Translations under genes and position numbers: made by a program
In this document: positions 12,901 through 24,260 of the stretch, one piece after another
Numbering within the stretch: position 1 is the stretch's first letter
Layout: every line of letters begins with the position of its first letter
Notes under the pieces: generated by a model
Databases searched by the model: none
What the model was told of the DNA's origin: nothing
The model's input: the letters and a program-made list of their open reading frames with translations, nothing else
NCBI GenBank assembly: GCA_009602725.1
Contig: WELB01000015.1
Coordinates: forward strand, 167,398 to 221,312
Direction: 5' to 3'
Length of the DNA stretch: 53,915 bases
From: Spirogloea muscicola
Taxonomy: Eukaryota

Positions 12901-15900
12901 TGCCTCCGTATCCTGTGTCCATGCCAGGCTTGACGCGCTCCACCTCTTGGGTAGCGACTTCCACCTCAGGTATCCTCTTTGGATCCCTGCCACTTTGCTC
13001 CTGTCAATCAACTCATTGGCTTCTGTCCCTCTGTCGACAAGCTCTGTGGACTGCTGTTCAGCTATTGCTACTGTGCACCAGTGCATAAGCGGAAGTGTAG
13101 CCCTACTTCAAGCAAATGCATATTCTTGTTGCTCTAGGGAACATGGGAAATATGTGGCGAGCAGCCACTCCAAGCCCGCCGTCATCCGCTGCCGCATTCT
13201 TATCCACGCCCGCTGGCATGCGAAGAGCTGCTTCTTCGTACGATTTTGCGTCACCTGCCGCAACAGCGGGTGCCCGTGGGGCATACTTGGCCAACATGAC
13301 CTCACCTCCCCCGAAAGCAAAGCAACATTCCAAAGCAGCCTTGGCACAGGTACGAGCTCTGCTCCTTCTCAAGAGATGGCCATGGCCCACTTTGATTTGA
13401 CAGGAGGGCATCCATGTCAAAATTGCAACATCTTGCTCCTGAAATTGTCAGTCTTAGTTCTTGACCTCCTTGCTTCTTTGGCTTGACTTGCATGCTCAGT
13501 CCTAAGATTGCTAGCCTAAGTGCTCGACCTTTCTCCTCCTTGATTCTTTGGCTACTTACATGTTCAGATGTTGATTTAAGCTCCTTCTAAGAGGAAAGCC
13601 TGCCATGTACCAATCTGGAGCATTTGGATACGCCTGGACTCCTGTATGTCGATATGTCCAACTTTCTGGCCTTCTTTGATATTTCAGTGCTATGTCTAAC
13701 AGGTACCTGTGGACTCCTCCATGGGAGCAGGATCCAGCACTCCTGTGCAAGAGCCTCCAGGACTCCCTCAGTCGACGTTGTATAGCTGGTCATGTGGCCA
13801 CTTCTCCCGTCCTCTGCTCGAGCTTGCAGTGGATGATGAGGGTGATCATCGCCGGCAAGAACGAGAGAGGGCTGCGCTGGATGGCATCTCGGTCGCACAC
13901 CATAGTGGTAAGTGTCACAAGTGACTGGTGATTGCCTTGCCTGGAGACTGTCTGGCTTGTCATTGGCTTCGCAGTTGTGGCGCAAGTGTCTGGTTTGGTG
14001 AAGGTGTCAATTAATTAGCATGAAGATGTCAGAGGGCAGGCTGACAATTTGCTCCAGCCTGCGTGCCACACCTCCCTGCTGCCACGCCACTTCTTGGTGA
14101 TGGTTGGAAGGGCTGAGTGTCACTTTGACATGTTCAAAGCTAGCAAGCTGTATGTATATTGATGTGACCCATCGTGCAATGCTTACTGGTGTCCAATTGA
14201 AGTCCTGAAAGGCTTGTCAGTGTACTGATATGGAAACTTAACGGAGATTTTACTTTTATGTACAGTAGTCAGCAAGGTCAGCGACCAGATTGCAAGCTTT
14301 GACACAGAGGCAGAGGTTGGAAGTCGTGCTGTCCTGCTGCACCCTTTCGTCCCCCTGGTCTGCATTGCTGACGAGGTCGAATGCATTAGGTGAGTGTTTG
14401 GCTACTCGTCAGGCTTGAGCCTGTAGGCACGATACCACAGTGCTGTACATGCTGGTTGCATTGCACGGAGATTTTTAAGGTGGCAACCAAGCTAGGTGCT
14501 TGTCGTATCTTAGATGCAGTGATCTGAGTCTCTTGGACTTATTCTGCCTTCTACTTCAAACATTTACATAGGACTTCAAAGGGTTCGTCTGCACTTGACT
14601 TAGTGAATCATAAGAAAGCCCTGGCACTAGGAGTGCAGTTGGAAAGAGGTCATTGAGACTGCAGGCTAGCTTGTGTAGTCACACTTGACACATACCACAG
14701 CTTCCTTGGGTATTGAATCTTTTTGGATGTCGCCACTTCAAGTGCATTTCTCGTTAGACCATCACTATATGCTGAGATCACTCGACTTATACCAACAAAT
14801 GCTTACTTATCGTCAACAGGATATGGAACTATGAGGATGGAGTAACCATGAATATCTTCCAGAATCAGTCCTCGCCCGGAGAAGGAATAAGTCGGCTTTG
14901 CCTGCTTAATGAGTTGGACGAGTCTTTGCTCCTCATAGCCTCATGTATGTATGACAAGCTTGTGACCTCCACCTGGGCAGCTGTGACAATGTCTGTGCAG
15001 CCAGGGTGCACAATGGAGGTGCAGCCTTTTGCATGTTGTCTGATAGTTATGGCTCATATGCTGCTCAGAGGATGTATTGGAGCACTTGAATGAAGATCTG
15101 CAGACCAGGTTATTTGTCTCACACAGCAAGAAAGATTTGACAGCGATTGTCTGACAAGTATTAACTGCATTGAAGGAGCCCTGCTGACATAAGACCTGTT
15201 CTTATGACAGGTGATGGAACTGTCAGGGTGTGGAAGGATTACAGTCAGCAGGACAAGCAGAGAATGGCATCAGCATGGCTGGCTGTACAGGGTCACCGAC
15301 CTGGAGCTCGGGGTAAGGGCGCAGTGGTTGATTGGCAGCAGCTCATGGGTTTTCTGGTAAGCGCTGCCTCACTTTCTAAGTACAGTGGAATAGATGTCAG
15401 CATTTGTATGTTATTGATGCCTGATTTCTTGCTATATCAGTGCTCACAGGCTTCAAGGTGCCGGTGGGTTCTGGTCATGTCCGGTCTAGCTAAGATCGTC
15501 AATGTGGCATCTGGCGGCTGTGTCTGCAACTTAGGCATACTTGTCGACAAAGTTGGCGTTGGTAATGGCCTCTTGCCTTCAACAGGGACAAGGCAATTAG
15601 ACATGGATGACATGGGGGTACGAATGGGTTGTGATAGCTAGAGGCATTGTCACTGTGGATTAGTGGCGATGCTGAGTGTGCACATAGAGTTGTGGAACAT
15701 TGCATCCCTTGAAAAGGAGGACAAGCCTGCAGCACATGTCTGACGCTTGAGCATTGCACCTTCTGTTTTGTTTTTGCTCGGGGCAGTATGCATCTGGGGA
15801 GATATCCTCTATCATGGTCTGGGACTTGCATCGGGAGCTCCTCGCATACAACGTCCCTACACAGTCTGACCATGCAGTCACGGCCCTGGTACAGCTCCTG

Positions 15901-17264
15901 TGCCAAGAAATATCTGAAAACTGGCATCAGTATTTTATGTATCTCTGTTTCAGTTGCAGACATAGCGATGCTTTTGGCCTTTTTTGGGAGAAGCATAGCA
16001 GTGCATAATGTCAAAGTAGCTCAGGAGATGACGCATGGTCTACGTCTTGACACGGAGCAGAGGTCTGAGCTTGTGCTTCACTCCTGTACTGTGCAGTCCG
16101 CTTCACATGTCCATGCTGGACACTTGGTGGCTGGATGCAGTGATGGCTCTATTCGCATCTTCGACATGCGAGCCCGTGGCTCGTAAGCCCATCAGAATGC
16201 TCAGTAGTCCATAAGTTTGTCTGTCAAACGTCAAGCCTGAGAATGCATGATGAGATGGTGTTGGACACTTTGGACTTTTGTCAGGCCATGCTTGATATTT
16301 GCAAGTGGAAGATGGACACAGTCCTCAGCTTGTTAATATGTGACTGCGTTGACCTATCATTTGGAAATCTTCTGCTTGCTTGGCAGCCTCTACGAGATAT
16401 CTGCATCTGCGCAAGGCTTTTGATGACTGAAGCTATCTAGATAAAACATGATGACTATGAAGAGATGCTAAAGTCGGAATTGTGTTGCCAGTGTTGTATG
16501 CTCCACCAGGCCGCATGCGCAGCGAGTTGTTGGTATTGACTACCAGCCTGGCATGGACCCTACTAGGGTATGAGATACTCAATTCCCTATGGTACCCGCC
16601 AGCTATCTGATGCAGTAAAATTACTACATGCGCACGGATTCTGCTGTCCTGATTGCTATTATCAAAGCATCACAGCGTCTCTCTGTCATGCGCAAGTGTC
16701 GTACTTGAAGGAGATCGTCTCGTGTGTTCACTGGTGCAGTTAGTTTCAGCCTCCGTTGGCGGGGATATTAAATTTCTTGATGTTCGGAGGGATGGCCTGC
16801 CATATATGTCATTGGATGCCCACAAGGGCAACATGACTGCGCTAGCAGTACACCGGCACGCCAACGTGATTGCCAGCGGCAGCGCCAAACAGTACATAAA
16901 GGTCTGGCTGCACACATTCTTCTTAACTTCTTGGGCCCTTCACTTCGGCCTGTCATAACATCCAGTGTTGCATTTGGTGTTATATAAGATAGCCACTTAT
17001 AATTGTCAAGTTGCTGCACTGACGTTGATCATGCTCAAGCATGCCTTTAGCTTGACCACCTCAAGTCCTTGAATGCTGGTCGTGCAGGTCTTTAGCATGG
17101 GTGGCGAACAGCTGAGTATGGTAAGGTATCATAACAGTTTTTTGGGACAGCGGATTGGACCAGTCAGCTCCCTCCACTTTCACCCTTACTCGGTTCTCCT
17201 CGCAGCCGGGGCAAGTGACTCGATCGTCTCAATTTATGCTGGCGAGAGTGTCCACCCCCGGTAG
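6922..17264 (+). CDS. RAPTOR1: regulatory-associated protein of TOR (RAPTOR), about 26 exons
   Basis: Exons 6922-7200, 7361-7463, 7866-7948, 8154-8312, 8414-8530, 8722-8882, 8983-9137, 9398-9542, 9690-9768, 9928-10029, 10150-10233, 10390-10500, 10634-10816, 11174-11359, 11650-11872, 12061-12969, 13138-13349, 13703-13907, 14266-14389, 14820-14944, 15211-15356, 15787-15888, 16097-16182, 16492-16567, 16740-16901, 17088-17264. RNC domain ([83 protein letters not shown]), HEAT repeats and C-terminal WD40s. Start uncertain because of a single N at 6977. Confidence 0.96.
8642..8679 (+). repeat. perfect 19-bp tandem duplication in RAPTOR intron 5
   Basis: gggtcctttagttgacatc twice. Confidence 0.9.
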
Positions 17265-17439
17265 TTGGAGCCCCTGAAGAGGGACTGCCGTGGCTACCAG
17301 CCACCAGCCACTTGCTCACAGAGTTGCACATAGGTATGTGCAGTGTTGCTCTTTAGTCATAGCAATTATTAGATCATCATCCCCTTCCTCCCAACGCCGA
17401 GTCCTCAGCACTCCTCCGCCTCCTTTAATTGAGCTTGAC

Positions 17440-18560
17440 ATTCCTCACTCGCACTCCATTAGTGCCAAGCAACGATCTGTACAGGAAGGACCTCACAGCC
17501 CTTGGGTTTGGAAGCCCCACATGGTGAATTATGGCGCCATCTGCAACTACCTTAACAGAAGAGAGAGCCCGTTGAAGGCGGGGTTGATGGCAGCTGTACA
17601 ATGTTTGGTCGGAGTCACTTGAAGGATGCTCTGTAGAGGTCAAAAGGGACGGTCGTGCGGCACTGTCACACGGGCTTGAGGGCCAAAGTATGGGTCTGAA
17701 ACGTTGGCCACTATGAGAAGGTGCTCTGTCCACGGGGCCAGCGTGCTGGTCCGAATGCGAGCATGCTCACGCACGTCTTGCGGCAGTGTCCTGCAGAAGA
17801 AGCATTGACCGAAGAGTAAGAAAGCGAGTAGTGAGTGGCGAATGACCAGAGCGGCCAAGTACATAGCAATGAGCATTTTGCAGGCCACCTTCTGGGGTGG
17901 TGGCCGCCCGCCCTCGAGGCCCCAGACTACGGGGTTAGCCAGCATATGGCTGGCCTGGCCGGATTGGGCTCGGAGGTTGATGGCATTGGTGCTTGGCCAG
18001 CTCAGCCTGCTCCTTCGAAACTGCTTGTCTTGTCACTTGGCCGCCTTGGGACACTCAGTACCCTCTCCTGTGCTAGCCGCCCCTTCTCTCAGCCACCGCC
18101 CAAATTTGGGAAAGTCGCCGCTGGCTTGGAGGCGATGTTGGGAGTGCAGGCGAATGCGCGAACCTGCGCTTAAGACAGTGCACTTAGGGCCACTGTTAAA
18201 GAGGGACGGTTACTATGAAAGGCCAGCCTGAATGTGGACATTGTCTATCACGAGATGACAAACCACTCAGCAAGAAGAAGTGGCTAGCAGGGACTGCTAG
18301 CCACGCAGCAGTCCCTGCTCAACTGCCCGCCAAGTAGCAGGGAAGCAAAGGCTCCTCAAGATAATTAAGCTCATTCCCTTTGAATCAGCTTGATTTCCTC
18401 TCTTCCACAGCCACCGCCTTATTCGGGCAAGGGCTGTATGAAGCAAGTCCCAAAAAACTCGAAAAGGTGAAGGCCAGCTCAGGGGAACGGGCAAGTCTTG
18501 AGGAGGTATCACAACGCTGAGTATGTGTGGCGGTAGCCAAGGTTTAGCACATGCAGGTGC
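17440..18560 (-). mobile_element. decayed L1/Tx1-like LINE ORF2 C-terminal remnant
   Basis: Minus-strand frames give ILSVVIPP...RIRRWLWK..KGMSLI..LCFP (GG after a frameshift), LLLAEWFV, and about 310 codons later LPNPRAVRSFLYRSLLG. This matches the order and spacing of the L1 post-RT FLW, ALLxKW and FLWR motifs. Many stops and frameshifts. Confidence 0.5.
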
Positions 18561-18622
18561 AAGGCGAACGCGAACGTCTGGACTAATAGCAGCTTTTTTT
18601 TTCCCGTCGCCTGTCCCTCATA

Positions 18623-19020
18623 GCCATTGTCGACACTTTCGGCTGCTTGGGTCCTCGCTTCCATACCCTACTTGAGAACATAGCGAGTCTGGGAAATGCA
18701 CTACGAGGATATGCTTCCAGCCCAGATGGGTATGCCGGCAGCCTATCGGTCATTTTTGCGACGTCGGGTGTCAGCTTGTCTGCAGCGAGCTCAGGCTCAT
18801 GCGTTGCATCAGAAAGCTGGTCGAGCCTTGGCTGGTAGTTCGAGAGCTTGTCGATTGCCGTCCGGTATTCGAGCATCAGTTAGCGACCTCTATGTGCTGA
18901 CTTATGGTTACTGAGCGGGTCAGCTTAGCAGCAGGTGACGTACATTTGTCAATGTGCTTGCCTTTGTACTTGGCCACACATGGCCTCCCCATCTCTTAAT
19001 ACACACGTCTTTGTCCCCTT
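18623..19020 (+). mobile_element. CRE-like RLE non-LTR retrotransposon, family A, 5'-truncated 3' end
   Basis: DTFGCLGPRFHTLL...RRRVSACLQRAQAHALHQKAGRAL...DLYVLTYGY* (stop 18914) plus about 100 nt of 3' UTR. Closely similar to 33255-33648 (-). Confidence 0.8.
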
Positions 19021-19049
19021 GAGGGGGAAGTGGAGTGTGTATCAAGTTG

Positions 19050-19395
19050 TGGAGGGCCTGTGTGGCCAAGTAGTAAGGCAAGTATATTGACAGATGTACA
19101 TCACCTGCTGCTTGAGGTGTGTAGTAAGTGATGGAGGGCCTCTGTGGCCAAGTACAAAGGCAAGCACATTGACAACTGTACATCACCTGCTGCTAAGCTG
19201 ACCCGCTCAGTAACCACGAGTCAGCACATAGTGGTCGTTAAGTGATGCCCGAGTACCGGATGGCAATCGACAAGCTCTTGTGCCGCCAGCTAAGGCTCGA
19301 CCAGCTTTCTGATGCAACGCATGAGCCTGAGCTCGCTGCAGACAGGCTGGCACTCGACGTCGCAGAAATGACTAAGTAGGCTGCCGGCATGCCCG
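19050..19395 (-). mobile_element. family A CRE-like 3' end (19118-19395) plus a second 3' UTR piece (19050-19112), inverted relative to 18623-19020
   Basis: Reverse complement of 18735-19005; ends VLTRGY* (stop 19207-19209). Confidence 0.8.
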
Positions 19396-19439
19396 GAGGG
19401 AAGAGACGAAGCAGCTCTACCCAACGGGGCAAGGGCTTG

Positions 19440-20250
19440 GGATAGCTGCTTTGTTTCTGTGTGCTTGTCTTCCTTAGCGCTTCCCCTGGCCCCCTTCTCG
19501 TACTTTGTTCATTCTTTTTTGTATTGGCTTGAATTGGCCTCCCTTTCAATTCATGCGCCCCGCGCGCCTTCTCTCTTTTGGGCTGGCTTGTCCAGCCCCG
19601 ATCCTCAATGGGCGAGCCCTTTCTTCAACGCCGCCGGGTCGCTCGCCCAGGTCTTTCGCATGCGCTTGGCGGTATCGTTCCAGCAATCCCTTGCCCACGC
19701 TGTCCACACGCGCGCAGGACGCGCTCTGGCCCGTGCGCTGCACCTTCGTGCCGGGAGAGCCCTCGCTGCTGCCTCTGGCTCTGTCCAGGGGACCCACTTC
19801 CAGGACCCTAGCCTCTCTGATTTGCGGCTGCTTAGCAGGGGTTACTGAGTAATTTGTAGCTGCTTTCTTTCTTTGTGTGCTTTGGTTTCTTAGCGCTTCC
19901 TCTGGCTTCCTCTGGCCCCCTTCTCGTTCTTTGTTCATTCTTTTTTGGGCTGGCTTGTCCAGCCCCTATCCTCAATGGGCGAGCCCTTTCTTCTTCTGGC
20001 CGCGGCCTCCGGGTCTCGGCGGAGTGCCTCCTTCCCTGCCTCGAGCTACTCGGACCTGATGTTGCTCACTCGCGGGTACTGAGCTTCCCTAGTATGTTGT
20101 TGTGATTGGTAGAGTAGAGGAGTCCTTCCTCGGCTTCTCATTCTTCGGCTTTGGACATTGTCCATTCTTTTTGGGCTGGCTTTGCCAGCCCCTCTTTCTT
20201 TATGGGCGAGCCTTCTTCTTTCTTCTCTATGGGCGAGCACTTGGTTTCTT
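19440..20250 (+). mobile_element. head-to-tail chain of three CRE-like 3' fragments (19440-19626, 19627-19995, 19996-20250)
   Basis: A 3' UTR ending gggctgg..ccagccc..tcctcaatgggcgagccctttcttc, then FNAAGSLAQVFRMRLAVS...DLRLLSRGY* (stop 19848) with its UTR, then LAAASGSRRSASFP..DLMLLTRGY* (stop 20082) with its UTR. Confidence 0.8.
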
Positions 20251-20259
20251 TCTTGCTTG

Positions 20260-20445
20260 AGACATGCCAGCCCACAAAAAAGTGGAAACAGAAAGGAAGT
20301 GGCTCTCGCAAAGGGGGCGAGGGCTGTGGCAAGCCAGCCCGAAAGTGAGGTGGCTTCTCCCGAAAGAGAGAGAAGGCGCGCGGGGCGCATGAAATGAGGG
20401 GGAGGCCAATTCAAGCCAATACATTGTTCAGGCAGAGTTTAGGCT
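20260..20445 (-). mobile_element. CRE-like 3' UTR fragments, inverted
   Basis: 20365-20440 matches 30958-31032 and is the reverse complement of 19520-19575; hairpin motif copies at 20265 and 20320-20345. Confidence 0.7.
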
Positions 20446-20452
20446 GGGTGAG

Positions 20453-21472
20453 GAGGAGGATGGCGCCGACGCGCTGCTCCTCTCCATGAGGCACGAAAGG
20501 CCTCAATAGATCACAGCTCTGAGCACTCCTGGTGAGTCCCTCTTCTTTGAGCAGATCTCGCAGCGGTTCCTTCAAGAAGAGGCCCTGATGATCCTGGATG
20601 GGAGGTCACTCAGCTCGCCAGCAACAGTGCTACTCAGCCAGCATGGGAGCAAGTTAAAAAATAGCAAGAAGGGCAAGTACCAGAAGAAGTTGGACCGGTC
20701 TGAGGACACCTGCAACGCCTGTGGCAAAGAAGGGCCATTTGGCCAAAGACTGCAAGTTCAAGAAGAAGGTCCAGCAATCCAGCGGCAGCAGCATCGTCAA
20801 CACCAATATCTACATGGCCCTGGCAGATCAGCCCCAGCAGCAGCAGCTTGACAACTGGATCATAGACAGTGGAGCAAGTCTGCACATGACGGGGAGACGG
20901 GAGCTTCTTCACCAGTTTACTCAACCGGCAGAGGTACTGTCTACCTTAGGGTGATGACTCAAGGTGTAGAGAGGGAGGTCATTTTGACCGACGTGCTGCT
21001 AGTGCCGGGAATTACAAGAAACCGGCTGTCAGTTTAGCAGGCGAGCGACAGAGGAGCCAACTTTATCTTCAACGGCGGCAAGTGTGTCTTCAGCAACAAG
21101 AAGGGCGAATTGCTGGGAGTGGCCAGAATGCAAGACAACCAGTTCCTGCTAAAGTGCAGAATCCAACAGGTGGAGACTGCATCAGCTCTGGCAGCGACAG
21201 CAAGTTCAACATCAAGTTCCCTCAAGTTGTGGCATCTCCGACTTGGCCATCTCAATGAAGACCAGCTGAGTTGCTCCAGTCGGAGAAGATGGTGGAAGGT
21301 CACCACTGAAGATTGGAAGACTCAGGAGCTCGGCATCTGCAAGGGATGTCAGCTGGGGATGCAGCAGCCAGAGCAGGAGCAGCTGCACCTGGGCAATACG
21401 TCAGCTGAGAAGGAGCCAGAGCAGCAGAAGCTGTACCGGGGCAGCATGTCAGCTGAGAAACAACAGACACGC
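20453..21472 (+). mobile_element. Ty1/Copia gag-protease-GAG-pre-integrase fragment, degenerate (left arm of foldback)
   Basis: CNACGKxGHLAKDC zinc knuckle (frameshifted), WIIDSGASLHMT protease, LWHLRLGH...CKGCQLG. Has frameshifts, stops and an internal deletion near 20922. Confidence 0.88.
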
Positions 21473-21491
21473 TAGCTGCTCCTGTGCTGCT

Positions 21492-23050
21492 GCGTCCTGT
21501 TATTTCTCAACTGACATGCTGCCCTGGTGCAGCTTCTGCTGCCCTGGCTCCTTCTCAGCTGACATGTTGCCCTGGTGCAGGTGCTCCTGCTCTGGCTGCT
21601 GCGTCCCCAGCTGACATCCCTTGCAGATGCCGAGCTCCTGGGTCTTCCAATCTTCAGTGGTGACCCCTTCCACCATCTATCTTCTTGGACTTAAGCAACT
21701 TCAGCTGTTCTTCATCAAGGTGGCCGAGTCTGGAGTGCCACAGCTCGAGGGTACTTGCTGTAGCTGCCAAGAATGATGCAGTCTCCACCTGTTGGGTCTT
21801 GCATCTCAGCAAAAACTGGTTGTCTTGCCTTCTGGCCACTCCCAGCAGTTCGCCCTTCTTGTTGCTGAAGACGCACTTGCCGCCATTGGAATTGAACTTC
21901 GCTCCCTTGTCGCTTGCCTGCTGAACTGACAGCAGATTCCTTGCAACTCCTGGCACTAGCAGCACGTTGGTCAGAGTGACCTCTTTCTCCACACCTTGAG
22001 TCGTCACCCTGAGGTAGACAGTACCTCTGCCAGTTGAAGGCAAGGTCTGCTGGTTGCCGAAGGTGACTGTTGGCCCCTGGATAGCGTCAAACTGGTGAAG
22101 AAGCTCCTGTCTCCCCGTCATGTGCTGGCTTGCTCCATTGTCGATGATCCACTTGTCAAGCTGCTGCTGCTGGGGCTGTCCTGTCAGGGCCATGTAAACG
22201 TCGGTGTTGATGTCGCTGTTGATGTCGCTGCTGCCGCTGGATTGCTGGACCTTCTTCTTGGACTTGCAGTCTTTGGCCCAGTGGCCCTTTCTGCCACAGG
22301 CGTTGCAGGTGTCCTCCGAACAGTCCTTCTTCTTGTGGTACTTGCTCTTCTTGCTCTTCTCCACCTTGCTCCCATGCTGGCTGAGTAGCACTGTTGCTGG
22401 CGAGCTGAGTGACCTCCCATCCAGGATCAACAGGGCCTCTTCTTGTAGAAACCGCTGCCAGATCTGCTCAAAGGAGAGGGACTCACTAGGAGTGCTCAGT
22501 GCTGTTACGAGTTGAGGCCATTCGTGCCTCATGGAGAGGAGAAGCTCGTCGGCGCCATCCTCCTCAAATCGAGGGTCGGCAGCCCTCAGCTCGTTCATGA
22601 TCCCCTGTATCTTGCAGATGTAGTCCTGGATGCTGGCAGCTGGATCCCTCTTGGTCTCCCAAAGTTGAAGACGAAGGTGCGCCTTTGAAGCTCGGGTCTT
22701 CTTCTCGTAGATGTTGCAGAGGGTCCTCCAGGCGTCAGCAGCACTCCTGGCACCAAGGACATGCCGAGCTTGGCTGTCTGCCAAGGTTGAAGCGATCAGT
22801 GCCATTGCAGCACTACCCTTCCGCCGCTTGTTGTCGTCTCCTCCAGTCGAGGCAGGTGCTGAGCAGAGCGCGTGGTCTCCCCTGCAGTCGCAGCTGGTCC
22901 TACCCGTCTTGAGGTTGGTGCTGAGGGTGGTGCTGGGGCAGATCGCGAGGACTCCCCTGCAGCCGCAGCTGACGCTCCTCCTTCTGAGGCTGGTGCTGAG
23001 GCTGGTGTTGGGGCAGCTCGCGTTGACTCCCCTTCAGCCGCAGCAGACTC
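21492..23050 (-). mobile_element. Ty1/Copia gag-protease-GAG-pre-integrase fragment with a 383-aa open frame (right arm of foldback)
   Basis: ORF 22805-21654 contains gag (AWRTLCNIYE...), CNACGRKGHWAKDC, WIIDNGASQHMT, VLLVPGVARNLLSV and LWHSRLGH. No integrase core, RT or LTR seen. Confidence 0.92.
22851..23050 (-). repeat. about three imperfect ~75-bp tandem units encoding Ala/Pro/Ser-rich sequence upstream of the gag frame
   Basis: Recurring ggtgctggggcag...ctcccctgcagccgcagctg at about 22855, 22929 and 23004. Confidence 0.75.
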
Positions 23051-23215
23051 GGCTGCTTAGCAGGGGTTACTGAGTGATTCGTAGCTGCTTTGTTTCTGTG
23101 TGTGCTTGTTTTTCTTAGCGCTTCCCCTGGCCCCCTTCTCGTACTCTGTTTCATTCTTTTTTGGGCTGGCTTTTCCAGCCCCTATCCTCAATGGGCGAGC
23201 ACTTTCTTCTCTCTC
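23050..23215 (+). mobile_element. extremely 5'-truncated family B CRE-like 3' end
   Basis: cggctgcttagcaggggttactga (RLLSRGY*, stop 23073) plus a UTR matching 19440-19520 and 53365-53485. Confidence 0.8.
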
Positions 23216-23239
23216 CTCGTCCCCGAAAGTGGGGGCTCG

Positions 23240-24260
23240 AAGTAAGGCAAGACAGCGCGGCCAGATTGACTGGTGGCTGGGAAAAGCCAGCCCAAAGGAA
23301 TGGACAAGGTCTGAAGGAGCCGGAGTCGAAGCAGTCAGTTGTACGAAGGACTAGGACTAAGACATCAGCCATGGAACGCTCAGTCACCTCTAGACAGGAG
23401 ATGCAAGTCTGGGTAGCTAGCTGGCGGAAAGACGCCACCCTGACGGAAGCCGGAGGCCGAGCCAAAGCTCGGCCTGCGCGCAAGTGAACCGCGAAGGCAA
23501 GGGACCGCTGCATCGAGATGGCCAAACGCATTCGGAAGACTTGAGCAAGAGACCCTGCGACGTTGAAGCCGGGCTGCTCGCCCTGCTGCCCGAGGCGGCG
23601 GGCCGCTGCACGCCGCGCAAGGCGGTGAAGCAAGTCAAGCCATTTCGTGCCAAAGGCTCCGTGCACGTCGATTGCCAGTGGAATAAACTCGTCTCCCACC
23701 GGGTGGTCCAAGTATTTCCGTTCCTTTTCGCCCGCCGCTTGGCGGACTGCGTAGCCCGCCTCCTCCGACGAGCGTTTGGCGCTGCTGGAAACAAGGCAGC
23801 CAGCCGTGACAACGTCGGCGATGAGCCGAGGCCCCCCGCCGAGCGCGCTGGCGACGAGGTCGGCGCGCCGGGTGTGGATGCGGCCATCCGCCCCAGCAGT
23901 CGGAGGCATGACGCTGGTGTTCTCGAGCGCCACCGTATAACCGGCCTCGACAAAGATGCCAAACATGGCATTCCGCAGCAGGTCGTGTGTTCCTGTCCCC
24001 GGCCCGCCCTCAAAGTAGCGAAGCGCGGCCAGATTGACTGGTGGCTGGGAAAGGCCAGCCCAAAGGAACGGACAAAGTCTGAAGGAGCCGGAGTGCGAAC
24101 GACTAGGACTAAGACATCAGCCAGGGAACGCTCAGTAACCTCTAGTCAGGAGATGCAAGTCTGAGTAGCTAGCTGGCGGAGTAGGAGTGGCAAGGTCGAG
24201 CCATGCGGCTGCTGATGTTAAAGAATCGGCTGTAAACTGCCAGCCAGATGCATACAGGTG
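23240..24260 (-). mobile_element. head-to-tail chain of CRE-like fragments: RLE-domain piece 23240-24015, same-family 3' end 24020-24180, family C UTR 24200-24260
   Basis: EGG..THDLLRN..F..AGY..E...RRADLV-x-LIADV...EKERKY...FIPLAIDVHGAFG...RMRLAISMQR is the restriction-like endonuclease region of RLE LINEs. 24025-24180 duplicates 23255-23428, and 24203-24260 matches 32636-32693. Confidence 0.85.

Noticed and set aside
195..17264. Functional cluster of translation/TOR genes (eIF2B alpha, EngB, RAPTOR)
   Set aside because: Neighbouring genes are unrelated housekeeping functions; adjacency is adequately explained by chance without synteny data
19440..20445. CRISPR-like or bacterial terminator array suggested by recurring hairpins
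   Set aside because: Irregular spacing, eukaryotic context and no cas genes; the hairpins are retroelement 3' UTRs
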